NCBI GenBank assembly: GCA_964016885.1
Contig: OZ024742.1
Coordinates: forward strand, 305,412,001-305,476,000
DNA: 64,000 nucleotides
Direction of reading: 5' to 3'
Source: Eledone cirrhosa
Taxonomy: Eukaryota
Shown here: positions 1 to 12,747 of the stretch, piece by piece
Position numbering within the stretch: position 1 is the first letter of the stretch
Layout of the letters: each line of letters opens with the position of its first letter
Made by a program: the position numbers and the translations under genes
Notes under the pieces: model-generated
Seen by the model: only the letters and a program-made list of their open reading frames with translations
Told to the model about the DNA's origin: nothing
The model's database searches: none

Positions 1-1455
1 AATATATCACGTGGCTGTGTTTATGGAAAAGCTGTATATTTGCGTACAAAATCCCATTCAAACATTTGCGTTATGTGTGGACATACACAGATCGTCAGTT
101 TTCTGAAATGACTGTACATTAGTTTAGTGAGTTTAAATACGGGAATGAATAAAAGACAAATCGATAATTGCAGAGATGAATGTATGAATGAGTTAGTATG
201 TGAGTACATTACATGAATGAAGCAGTGAATCAGCGAGTAATTCAAGGAAGAAATATATGAGTTAGCGAATGATCCTGATTGCCAGAGTGTTACGGAATGA
301 GTGTGTGAGCGTGATTGAAAGAAGAAATAAATATTTAAGTTGGTGGTTAACTGGATGTCCGTGTTAAAAATTTATATAAAAATTGTGTAGGCCGAAGAAT
401 AACTGAGTAACATGTTCCGTTTTAGTAAGTACGAGAGTAAAAATATGAAGTATGTTAGACAATGAAATATTATATATATATGTATATATATATTTATATA
501 TATTTTATAAAAATAAGAGTCCAGTTGCATTTTCGATTTCATCTTTTTTTCTTTATATATATATCACACAAACACAAACATATATATATATTTATACGTG
601 TTCTATATATATATTATATAACACATATAGATATAGATATATATACACGTGAATGTAGTATATGTATATATGTGTATGTATATATATGAGTGTGGGTATA
701 TACAAGTATGTATGATAGACAGATAGATATGTACGTATATTTATGGGTATGCAATACTTATACGTGTGCGTATATGCATTAATATATATATACAAATTTA
801 CATATTTATATATACAAATATATGTATATAAATATACACACATATATATGCTTGTATATATATATTTACATACATTGATACACACAGACACTCATATACA
901 ATTTTCTCAGTATTTATGAAAAGAATATGTTTAAACACGTATACAATTATTTTTTTTCCAATCTCCATAGATCCAAGTCGAGTTTGTGTAGATAACACAG
1001 GCACACACAAACACGCACACACACACACAAACACACTCTTACAAACACTCATATTTCATGTACACATTAACAAATGTAACACCCCATCGACCTACACTTT
1101 CAAAAAGTCGGTTTTTTATTGTTTTTCCCCATCCATCACTGCTACCCAACTTATTAGCTGAGACTCTGCATTTGGCCGGATTCTTTGGCGACAAGTCTAT
1201 ACTATATCCAGCTACTTATGTCGTTGTCAACGTCGAATGAAACGTTCACAGGAAGCAGATTTTGACAGAAGTGTTTTATGATTATTTTTTTTAGTCTTTT
1301 TGTCTTAATGATATAGCGCCCGTCCATCATTCAACATAGCACGACTTTAGTTTTATTCCAGCGAAGTCTCAAGATTTCATTGCAAATTTCTATAGCTTTG
1401 CCAGAGGTGCTCGTAGTTCTTCTGTTCTTTTGTCCTTTGCCGTTTCCATATTGTT

Positions 1456-1503
<48 letters not shown>

Positions 1504-2766
1504 CCCCCTCCACACTCTCTCACACACACACTCATACACATACGCAACACTCAGACACACTCATACATACACACTCATATATATGTATTCTTTTAACTTA
1601 ACGTTCTGTTATGTGATGGTTGCTGCAGGTTGAACGTTGAAGTAAATTGATTGGCTGGCTACTCGTACCTTACATTGGGCCTTATTTTAAAGCTGGTGTA
1701 TCTCTGTCTAATTACTTGTCTAGCTGAGTTTTCGTCTCCCACCTCTTTCTCACTCCCCCTCCTCTCTCTCGTTATACATATAACTCTAGATCTACTCATG
1801 CAACCATCAATGTGTCATTCTGTTTGCCAATCTCTTAATGTAGCTGTTTTTTCTGCCTATCTATCTATTTGTCACCCCACCCATACATGTGAGTGGGGTG
1901 ACAATTAGACAGTATACTTACAGATACATGATAAATGTTAATTGATCCACGTTGATTTTGAATATGTTTATTCTAGTTGTTAGATCAACTGATCTACCTT
2001 CTCATTCAATTAGCCTGTAAGTGTTTGCATATTCAACAGACATGTGTAACCTTAAGATAATTCTCAAGCAGAGATAGTGCATAAAGAGCTAGCATTTTGG
2101 ATTATAAGTACCATGCTTTCTACAGGTTTCCGAACACTATCCAATTTTACCTCAAGGCATTGGTAGAACAAGGGCTATGGTAATTCATTACATGAATACG
2201 CATAGTTTTTTTCAACCATCCCGTGCTTGCAACTCTGACATCATAGCCTTTTATAAACCAGCCTCAAGTTCCCAACAGACATATGATTCTGAGTCATATT
2301 GGACAACTGTTTTTCCTAAAGATCACAATCAGCACATTGCTCTGACAAGGGATCTTCAAACACCCCATTACTCAGTCCGGTTCACTAAGTTTCGTTATGT
2401 CCACAGTCAACATAGTGATATGCCAAGTGATCTTGGAGCACCCCATTGCTCTCTCCGGACCACTGTATTTCCTCAAACACCCAGTCAAATTAGCGATCTC
2501 AAAACGGATATGTGAGAACACAATAGTCCCTCTGCAGACAGGGTATTTGGAGATATGGGATTTCTGTACTGCAAAATATGTTACCCTTGTTCACAATGAC
2601 AAAATAACTTATGATTCATCTTACTATTGGATGGAATAGAACGTCATCGGTTTCGACGATGAATATTCCACATACACACACATAAATATACATACACACA
2701 TACAATAATATATATATACATATATATAAATATTATAAATATATATATACACACACACACACGCAC

Positions 2767-2896
<130 letters not shown>

Positions 2897-2924
2897 ACAC
2901 GATCAGACATAAACAATCTATATA

Positions 2925-3360
2925 TACGAGGACAATCCCAAAATTAAGGTCCCCTTCCGATATTGCAACTTCTGATATTGCAACTTTTCCGTTAAAATCC
3001 TGTGGAGGGTGCTTCGGGAAACCTCAGGAACCAAAATGCAGAGAGCATCCAGAGTGATCCGCCGATCTTTACGTATGTTTTCCTCGGAAGGAGACCTTAC
3101 ATTTGGGATTGCCCTCGTATATAATAACTGCACGAAATTCGCAGTTGGCGGTAACGATCAATGGGAGCTCCATTCTTAACGGCTGCCAAGCGAAGATTGA
3201 GCATCCCAGCGAAGCGCGCGCATGCTTGTTTGGGAGTGAAGGAAGCACCAATCACAACAGTGTTGCCAACAGCCTTACGAACAGTTTCTCTGCGTTCCCA
3301 TCGCTTTGGAGACCTTACTTTTGGGACTACCCTCGTATATATATATATATATACGAGGGT
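2925..3360 (-). mobile_element. Mariner (Tc1/mariner) relic cluster: MITE-like unit plus 5' transposase fragment
   Basis: TA-flanked ~28-bp TIRs of the TA|CGAGGGnAnTCCCAAAAnTAAGGTCnC type at 2927-2954 (+), 3091-3117 (-) and 3309-3335 (-), plus a TACGAGGGT stub at 3352-3360. The minus strand encodes a mariner-like N-terminus (MELPLIVTANCEFRAVI) and an HTH-region piece (EENIRKDRRITLDALCILVPEVSRSTLHRILTEKLQY). No DD34D catalytic domain is present. Confidence 0.85.
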
Positions 3361-4649
3361 AAACGTCAGTCGCATATTGTCAACTTCCAGCTTAAATATA
3401 TATGCACGTATGTACAAACGTATATACTTCTCGTTCTAATTATGTGTCCACAAACATGAGGCATTATATTTAACACTTTATTTACAGTCAAATATTTATG
3501 TGAGTGTGTGCATGCGTGTCTGTCTATATATGTGCGCGATAGTGTGCGTGTGGGCGTGTGTGTGTGTGTGTGGGAGAGAGAGAGAGAGGGGGGAGAGAGA
3601 GAGAGCGAGAGAGAGAGAGAGAGTGATATTTCTTGATTATTTCCTTATCTTCTTCTTCAGAAACTAAATTTAATACATGAAAAATATTTTTGAAGAATGT
3701 TCAGTGGATATATTGAGGGCAGAAACAACTAAATCTTAAATTAAATAATAAACAATAAACAAAATAGATACAAACAATCAAACAACATAAGTTATGCATT
3801 GATTTACATATTTATTTGGTTACTTCCTAATTTATCCATTCTTCATTTATTCATAAATATGTTGTCCTCAAAACTGATTTAATTAGCTGCAAAATTATGA
3901 TTCCCTCTTTGTTCTATATAGTTCTTGGTGAAATGATTCAATTACAAATGTTGTTAACGTCACCGCTGGCTCTGCAGATATTGTTACACGTGTTATTAAT
4001 AGTGCTGGTGGTGGTGGTGGTGGTGGTGGTGCTATTGGTGCTGTGTGGCGGCTAGGTTTATGGTAGATTTGAGGAAGACAATGGTGATGGATGAATGCAT
4101 TGCCAATAAGATAATGACTAGTTCGCTTCAAAATCATCACGTTCTGAGATCCATCAAATTGAGCAGCAGTTGTCATTTACCAAAGCCACGAGTCAACCCA
4201 AGCCTTGCTAGTGAGGTTGAGGAGACTGAATATATTTAGAAGATCATCGAATGAACTGTATATGTACTTTAAGGACTAGCCTTGTCACATCGTCGTACTG
4301 AATCTTAAGAATGGTGTTAAGCATCAATATATATGTGTAATACTCAGCCACATACATGCTAAATGAACGAGTGGAATCTTCTATTGTTCGAATAAGAGGC
4401 CATTTCTGTAAACGTTGATCGTGACACCGGTACTAATAAGGATTTCTACTATAGGCACAAGGCCAACAATTTTGGGGAGGGGAAAGTAGATTAAATCTAC
4501 CCCAGATCATTACCGATACTAATAATATATTATGTTTAACACACAAATGTAATGTTATTCTGTTGTTGAACATCCATCCGTTCAGAGGATCAATATTCTA
4601 TATGTTGAAACAACGGAACAGCATGACCATGAAATTTACTGGCGAATTC

Positions 4650-4880
4650 ATGGGCATTACAGAGACACGCTTATCTTAACATAATTCTCAGAGATTTTCA
4701 GGGTAACACAGTGTGTAACAAGGCTAGCCCCTTTAATTACATGTACAACACATTTTTGCCAGCTGAGATGACTGGAGCAACTTGACATACAGTGTTTTGG
4801 TTTAGGACACAATGGGTCGATGGTAATCAAACTCATGACCTTCACTATACAAGGGAGAATTCAGTATGCAAAACTAACTA
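4650..4880 (-). mobile_element. tRNA-derived SINE, family S2 (diverged)
   Basis: Shares the body acaaggctagccctttaattaca...tttttgccagctgag..gactggagcaac...aggacacaa with copies at 49200-49470, 51420-51660 and 56840-56893. Reverse-orientation copies lie near 4140-4420, 19420-19740, 30545-30840 and 33945-34100. Confidence 0.65.
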
Positions 4881-4882
4881 AT

Positions 4883-5070
<188 letters not shown>

Positions 5071-6417
5071 TGCGACGATTATAATGAAAATGACTTTGTG
5101 ATTACTAACTATAAAGATAACATTGATAAACAAATTAGTGTAAATATTAATCTAAATAATAAATTAATGATGGTGATGATGATGGTTACAGAGTGTAATG
5201 GGGCGGAGTATGCAATCAACAGAAATATATAACATCAATAATTTGTATTGTGGTTGTTAGCGACAACAACGTGGCTAGGCATAAAGACAGTAAATGATGT
5301 CGACTATGACACTGGTGATGACGAAGATGTTCCAGTTGTTGATGTTATTGTTATTGTTATATTTATTAGTTTATATTTATATACATCTGTGATAATGTAT
5401 GTTTTCAATTCCAGTCTGGTGTCCTTACATAGAAAGTGTCATCATTGTGAAGTCACACTAGTGCAGACATAGTGATGAAGTGGTAGGAATGGGCTATTGG
5501 TGAAGGTGGTAGCTGTAGTGGTGGGATTGGTTGCGATGATAATTGCGGTGCGCAGTGTTTGGGTTAGTGGTAGTGGTGATGATAAAAATGGTGGCTGTAA
5601 TGATAATAATTACGGTGTGGGATGTGGTGGTAGAGATAAATATGATGAGGATGATGCTGATGGTGATGATGGTCGTCGATTTACTGCAAATGGCTTGGAG
5701 ACAGAGAACATGATGATGATGCTGGTGAAAAAAGTGGTAAGTGTGGTGATCCTGGGAAGATGATAATGATGGTTGTGGTTGTCTTGCTGGTGGCGCTTCT
5801 GACAATAATAATAGTTTTGCTGGTGATAGAGAGGACACTATAACGATCATATTTGAGATGAGAGTCATGATGGCTATGGTACATATAGTTTCTGGTTTAA
5901 CACACTGTAGTATTAGTAGTAGTACTGGTAGTAGTGGTGGTGTTGGTGGTAGTAGTTGTTGTTCTTGTTGCTTTGGCATAACACCTACTGAATGAGGAGA
6001 CTATTAACCAATATGTCACGACTGTCAGATAGTGAATTGTTGATGATTCTACAAGTACTTATTTCTCGTCTAATTACTGTTCTCGCACCGCTTCTACATT
6101 GAAATAATCTTCTCCATACACTAATCACACATGCAATCTACAAACACACAAAACGCACATTGCATATATACGAATGTATTGTGGGGATATAGATAAATGC
6201 GTTTTGAAACACATAAAAAGACCAAACTCGAGTGTATGTGGTGTCACGTAGTTATATATGTGCCTGTGTGTAGTGAGAGAGGTATATGTATATATATAGT
6301 TAAAGAAAGAAGAGTAACATGGTTGGCTGTATAATAAGGGCTTTATTTAAAGTACTATCCACGACGCGGAGTACTCATAACCTCTAACAGGATTACCTAT
6401 AACGATAACTTGTTATC

Positions 6418-6541
<124 letters not shown>

Positions 6542-7271
6542 GTCTGTATAGATAATCTTAAAAAATGATGACACCTTTTGATTAATTCAGAAACATTATA
6601 AAGATTTTATACCTTCATATCAACTGTCAGTAAACATTTAAAGGTTTCTTTCCAAATAAATATACAGATTTCATTTCTTCATTTAACTCAATATCAGTAA
6701 AAACTTTAATGTGTATTACTGTATTGCTGCTAGTTGGAATTTTAGTAATATTTATAACACCTCTCAGTTGCATATGCTTCATTTGTTTCCCATTAAACTT
6801 TTTCTAATCGTCTTCATCAAATGAAAAATATTCAAATCCCACACTCGTCAATGCCATCTCTAGGACCGTCTTATAGTAACATTATTAACCTCATCCGATA
6901 TAGTTTCAAAAACCACACATTGAACAGGAAACAGAGTTAAGAAAGTTTTATTTGTAGTATCAAAATTCAGCAATGTTTTAATTATTAAACTCCTGCAGGG
7001 AAATCGCAGGTTTGGGATGTCTCTCCAATCTCTAAACTGGATCTAAGCTCGGTCAAAGAGATCACATTAGCAAGAAGATAGGTGATAAAATGTTAGCATA
7101 AAACATTTGCGATGCTTGACCATGAATGCACCAATTGACCAAAAGAAAGCCTTATCCTCTAAAGTTGATTTTTACATAAATTTAGTATGAACAATATAAT
7201 TCAGAGTCAACGTGCATTCCCTTCGATGCCCTATGAGAGCAGAAACGCTGCACATATATATATATATATAT

Positions 7272-7340
<69 letters not shown>

Positions 7341-7771
7341 ATGAAGAAGGGGTTCCTAATTTATTTGCTTTAGTTAAAGAGGTTGATGTCATCAGACAGA
7401 ATCCAATATTTCTTGTCTGTTATGACCCTTAAATCGTAGCACTCTCTCGCTGGTGGCAGATTAATTATATTCAAACTACTGGACATTTTTTCTAGGCTTT
7501 TTTCTAGTGGTCCTAAGTGATGCTTCAGCCATCCAGTGAGCTGCTGTTAACATCTCTTTTCCTATCTTGAGAGTATTCTTCATGCCAACGGAGCCGGAAA
7601 ACCTTGAGACCTACCACACGTGGAAATAAATCTGTGTCAAGCCTTCTCGCTGAAATCCTGCAAAAAATACACGATAATATTCCGCTTAAAAGCTTGACCA
7701 TAATCTTCTCACACTATTGCGAGACCACATAAAATATTGCGATTTGAGGGTTGCCTGAATGATCAGTGAAT

Positions 7772-7952
7772 AGTTGTTTCTACTTTTGGCACAAGGCCAG
7801 CAATTACCCAGTGTATTACTGGTACTTTATTTTATCGACCCCATAAGGATGAAAGCAAAGTTAATCTCGGCGGGATTTGAACTCAGAATGGCAAGGGCCG
7901 TAATTCTATGCGTCAAAGAATGGCGCCCGACCCTCTACCGATACTGCCAATC
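7772..7952 (-). mobile_element. tRNA-derived SINE, family S1
   Basis: Reverse complement of the 12508-12700 copy, with A-box-like tggcagtatcgg, B-box gttcaaatcc and the core actttgc(c)tttcatccttaYggggtcgataaaataaagtaccagt. Confidence 0.9.
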
Positions 7953-8252
7953 AGTGAATAGTGAACATTTCTCCCAAGTTAACCTTCATATACGGCGATT
8001 AGGCCATCTATTGTAAGCCACATGTTGTTCTAACTGCAGTAGCTCGCTTTTCTACTTCTCTCACAAACTTCATTAATATTGTTGGTTTCCTCTGTATTTG
8101 GAATATCCTGCATCTCTTTAGATCCAGTGAATGGGAAATTGGCATGAACAAATTGTCCTAGCGCCATATATATATCCCCATTTGGCGAATGCAATTTTAC
8201 ATTCTATATGACAGTGTGCGTGTTTAATTTGCATACGTGTGTCCATTTTACG

Positions 8253-8329
<77 letters not shown>

Positions 8330-9175
8330 GTGTGTGTATGAATAGCTAGGGAATATATATGACCTTATCGATAACTAGGTGCCCCTTGCATACCCCCTTC
8401 AGCTACTGCTCCATGTTTTCTGTTTATGTTTCAGAACCTCATGTCTGTTTCATTTATTAGAATATTATGTATGTCATTTCACTTACAAATATTTTAATAT
8501 ACGTGCATGTGCATATATTGAAATATTTTGTTTGTGCACGAACGACGATTCATCAATCAACACCCACTTACTTACATAAAAAAATATAAACTTTTGTATT
8601 CACACCAACACACATTCATGTACATCTACATATTCATATATGCATTCACATATTTTTCTGTTTCTGTTCGGTCAAGTCAAGCTCGTGGCTTGGCAGCCTG
8701 TGTTTTGTATTAGCAACAGCGGCAGAGATAAGGCTGTTGCTACTCTATTCATATTATCTTTTGAAATAATATTTGGTCTGTTTCAGCTTCTAGTATATGC
8801 ATGGACACTGTAATTTGTTTCAGTGTTGTATAGCCTCGATGTGTAGAATGAAGCTTCATCTCAATGTTCTTTATTGAGCTATGATATTGATAGAACACTT
8901 GTGTAAATTTCAGTGAATCCCAGTCAGTACTTTTTGTATTTTCATCTATGCTGTTGCTTAGTTTCTACACTGTCTTACACAGTCATTGTACTGGTTTCTC
9001 CCTTTAGTCATTTGTCACGCTGGAGGCACCTCATTCAAATTTTTTAGTCAATGATATCGACTCCGGTTCTTAAAATTGTACCTATTTTATCAATCTGATT
9101 TTTCAAATCATAAGGGTATGGGACATAAACTGCAAATGTAAACGCATAAAAATGGACACATACACAAACACACAC

Positions 9176-9266
<91 letters not shown>

Positions 9267-9270
<4 letters not shown>

Positions 9271-9427
9271 AAAAGAGTCTGAACGCGTTAAGACCTAGCT
9301 GTCGAAACGGCCAGAACTCAGCCGTCGGGGTCCTGACTCTTTTCCTATTACCCACTATACTAACCTAAGTATCGAGTACTCTGGTGCGTTATGGCTCACC
9401 TGGTTCCTTACCACACTACCTTTGTTA
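9267..9427 (+). mobile_element. TA-anchored short repeat family B with hammerhead-like 3' half
   Basis: gtc-GAAA-cggc-loop-gccg-TC-gggg is enclosed by a perfect 13-bp stem (taggaaaagagtc/gactcttttccta). The tail ctaagtatcgagtactctggtgcgttatgg...ccttaccaca is shared with 12459-12498, 43563-43757, 44201-44282 and 51255-51387. Both ends abut (TA)n. Confidence 0.75.
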
Positions 9428-9954
9428 TATATATATATATATACTCTCCGTCTTTCCGTCATGTTTATCATTAGTTTTGACCCCTTGTCCCTATTCATAT
9501 TTTAAAAACTTAGCCATGCAGGCTTCTTTTATTTTTTCAACTAGGTCATCCCTTCTCACTTTTTCTAAGTCTAGTGTCATTTTTCTTTGTCTGCAGGTTG
9601 GACTGTGTTTTTATCTTTCTATTTCTCTTCTTTTTACATTCTTTTCTCGTCTGGCTAAGCCCTCATGCACCGTTCTTACCATTATTTTTCAGTTGCCTCA
9701 CTTGTGATATTATTTCATCTATATTTGAGAAATTCGTCGAAGGACATAACATGTTCTGTTTTGTCTCTACCTGTTTTGTTATGTCCCAATGTGCATTTGA
9801 ATGAACGGTATCAGCCTTTAAATCACCGACACCATTGTGATTTCCAGCGGTTGAATTAAGAGATGAGACTGCCCGTCTTTCCATTGTCTTTGTCCTGTAC
9901 GCCCTGTATATTGAATTCATATTCTAAAGACTTAGCTATGCAGGCTTGTTTTGA

Positions 9955-10006
<52 letters not shown>

Positions 10007-10385
10007 AAAGTTATATTTAAATTGTTGGGTTAACAACGAGTAAATATTTATAACTGATATAAAAGCACTCAACAAGTATTTGGAGTATATTTATGATATT
10101 AATAAATAAATAGATACGACATACCTTTCAATCACCTTGCATTTGGGAGGTGTATTTGGCAGTAAAAAATATTGTGGACAGTTGTAAAAAGAAAGAGATA
10201 AAGAGAGAAAGAAAGAGAAACGAAGAAAAAGAAGAAATGCATGTGACTAGATAGAGAGATATAGAAAGATATATATATATATACACATATATATAGAGTC
10301 TATATTAATTTTAACAATACTATTCTTGTCTTTATTCTACATGATTGTCGATCAGGCAGAAATAGAGAACAGATTTCAATATATT

Positions 10386-10514
10386 AATAAAAATAAAAAT
10401 AAAAATAAAAATAAAAATAAAAATAAAAATAAAAATAAAAATAAAAATAAAAATAAAAATAAAAATAAAAATAAAAATAAAAATAAAAATAAAAATAAAA
10501 ATAAAAATAAAAAT
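10386..10514. repeat. (AAAAAT)n hexanucleotide array inside the PLE 3' region
   Basis: About 21 perfect copies; source of the KNKNKN ORF. Confidence 0.95.
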
Positions 10515-10983
10515 ATCAGAGACAAGAAAATAAATAAATAAACAGAAAACTAAAACATTTAATATTAAAAATAAAAAATATTATAAAATATTAAAAAATA
10601 TTAAAAAATAATTAAAAAATATTACAAAATAATGCAAATAAAACACAGAGATCAGCCTTTCAAAGTTAGTTGACAATATATTGCCAAGATCATCATAAGC
10701 ATCAGAGTCGAAACAGATAAAACAAAAATTGTTTACCAAATCCTGTCTAGCAGAAATCATTCCAAAAGTTTAGGATACCCATTTGGTCTACCTATGTTCT
10801 TATATTTAATATAGAAGTTTATCTAGTTTAAAATTTAATTCGATATATTTGGAGCATCAGCTTTTAGGGTAGTTTAATTATTCCTGAAGAATGTTTTAAT
10901 AAAAAGAATGTTTTAATAAAAAGAAGAAATCGAAAAATTTATCGGCTAGTTTCATAAATAATTACAAATCAAATCAAACATAA

Positions 10984-11545
10984 CTACATTTTAAATTTAA
11001 ATTTATATTTAAACGTTGAGTTCAATCTATGTCTGCAGCAACTGAATAAATTTGTCCGTAGATTAAGGGAATTTTTAGATTTTAGTATAAAGAATATCTC
11101 CTCCGCACAGAGGTCTCAGAGGATGAATTAAAAGGAATCCCCCTTGAAACTATATTCCAAGTCGTCGCTATCTAACGTTATCATGCCTAAGTTGCCAGAG
11201 TACGCCTGATAGTGCTGTTGGAGATTTTTTGGATGGATCTGTGAAAGAATTTTTGTGGTTGTTATAGCGAAGTTTAAATTCCGTCGATGTAGAACCAACG
11301 TAGTTAAAAGAATTAGCGTCCGTTTTAACATTACAGTTGTATATTATATTTTTAACTAAGCAGTTGTTATTTAACGGACATTTAGATCTATCTCTACAGT
11401 TACATTTGTTAACTTGGATATTATTTATGCTATTATCGCTAGGTTTTAAGTTCCTGTTATTTATTCTATTAATATTTTGCGCTAAATTTTTGGTGGATGA
11501 GTAGGTTAGTTTTATAGTATGTCTATTGAAAATTGAGTGATACCA
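10984..11545 (-). pseudogene. PLE RT-thumb/linker plus GIY-YIG endonuclease fragment (Naiad-like motifs), disrupted
   Basis: IFNRHTIKLTYS...CNCRDRSKCPLNNNCL..NIIY..(YVGST)..FKLRYNNHKNSF..TALSGVLWQL, then a stop/frameshift, TTWNIVSRGIPFNS, another frameshift, and DLCAEEIFFIL..LNLRTNLFSCCRH. The CxC-x5-CP-x4-C linker and terminal CRH match invertebrate PLE endonucleases. Confidence 0.85.
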
Positions 11546-12196
11546 CAATGAGAATGTTTTCGTGTGTATTGGGAGTTTGTTTATAAATATGATATAAACA
11601 TATGAATTTTTAAAAACTAGACATAAGATCATTACTTTTCACACATTATAGATACATGTCTCATTCATGAATACTGGTATTTACATTATAATGCCTGTTT
11701 TATACAAACTAATATTTTCTACGGGATAAAACATAGCGGTTTTAAATTCTGCATCGTTTATGTCTGGTTATGTTTCATTTTCTCTTTTTCATTTTCTCTT
11801 TTTTTTCTCTCTATATAACGGCTATTTTCTCTCTTGACTACATACATCTCTCTTTACATTAATACTAGAGCTAAATAAATAAATAAATAAATGTATCAAC
11901 CGATACTCAACTTCCTTGTTTCTCTATCTATCTCTATCTATCTCTTTCTTTTTTCCTCTCTCTATATATATTTCTCTCTGTTTCTTTACATGAAGTTCTT
12001 CTCTTTATCTATCTTTCTATATCTCTCTATCTAGTCACATGCATTTCTTCTTTTTCTTCGTTTCTCTTTCTTTCTCTCTTTATCTCTTTCTTTTTACAAC
12101 TGTCCACAATATTTTTTACTGCCAAATACACCTCCCAAATGCAAGGTGATTGAAAGGTATGTCGTATCTATTTATTTATAAGACTGTTTATATTGT

Positions 12197-12260
12197 ATTT
12201 TGTCTGAAGAAGGCATAACATATTGTTAATATGATATCCCTGAAATATATATAACGAAAT
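12197..12260 (+). ncRNA. Minimal type-I hammerhead ribozyme in PLE pseudo-LTR
   Basis: attttgt-CTGAAGA-agg..catatt gtt aatatg..cct-GAAA-tatata-TA-acgaaat: 7-bp stem I (one G-U), intact core, palindromic stem III. Confidence 0.8.
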
Positions 12261-12298
12261 AAATATGGTTTTATAAATATAGTTTCCATTTATTTAAT

Positions 12299-12463
<165 letters not shown>

Positions 12464-12507
12464 GGTCCATCTGGTTCCTTACCACATTTCCTTCGTTATA
12501 TATATCA

Positions 12508-12698
12508 GGGTGGTGGATTGGCAGTATCGGTAGATGGTCGGACGCCATGCTGCTTTGACGCATAGAGTTACGGTCCTTGCCATTCTGAGTTCAAATCCCG
12601 CCGAGGTTAACTTTGCCTTTCATCCTTACGGGGTCGATAAAATAAAGTACCAGTAACGTACTGGGTAATTGCTGGCCTTGTGCCTAAAGCAGAAACAG

Positions 12699-12700
<2 letters not shown>
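12508..12700 (+). mobile_element. tRNA-derived SINE, family S1, full length
   Basis: Head ggtggattggcagtatcggtaga (A box) and gagttcaaatccc (B box), conserved core gaggttaactttgcctttcatccttacggggtcgataaaataaagtaccagt, tail gctggccttgtgcc..aagtagaaacaatt. The core resembles widely conserved metazoan SINE central domains (Meta/Nin type; needs a database check). Confidence 0.9.

Positions 12701-12747
<47 letters not shown>

Noticed and set aside
6560-7740. Non-microsatellite blocks that may be old DNA-transposon coding relics
   Set aside because: No recognisable motif in any frame; would need tBLASTx or an HMM search.
10880-10935. CTGAAGA..GAAA possible hammerhead
   Set aside because: The intervening sequence is a 17-bp tandem duplication with no convincing stems I or II.
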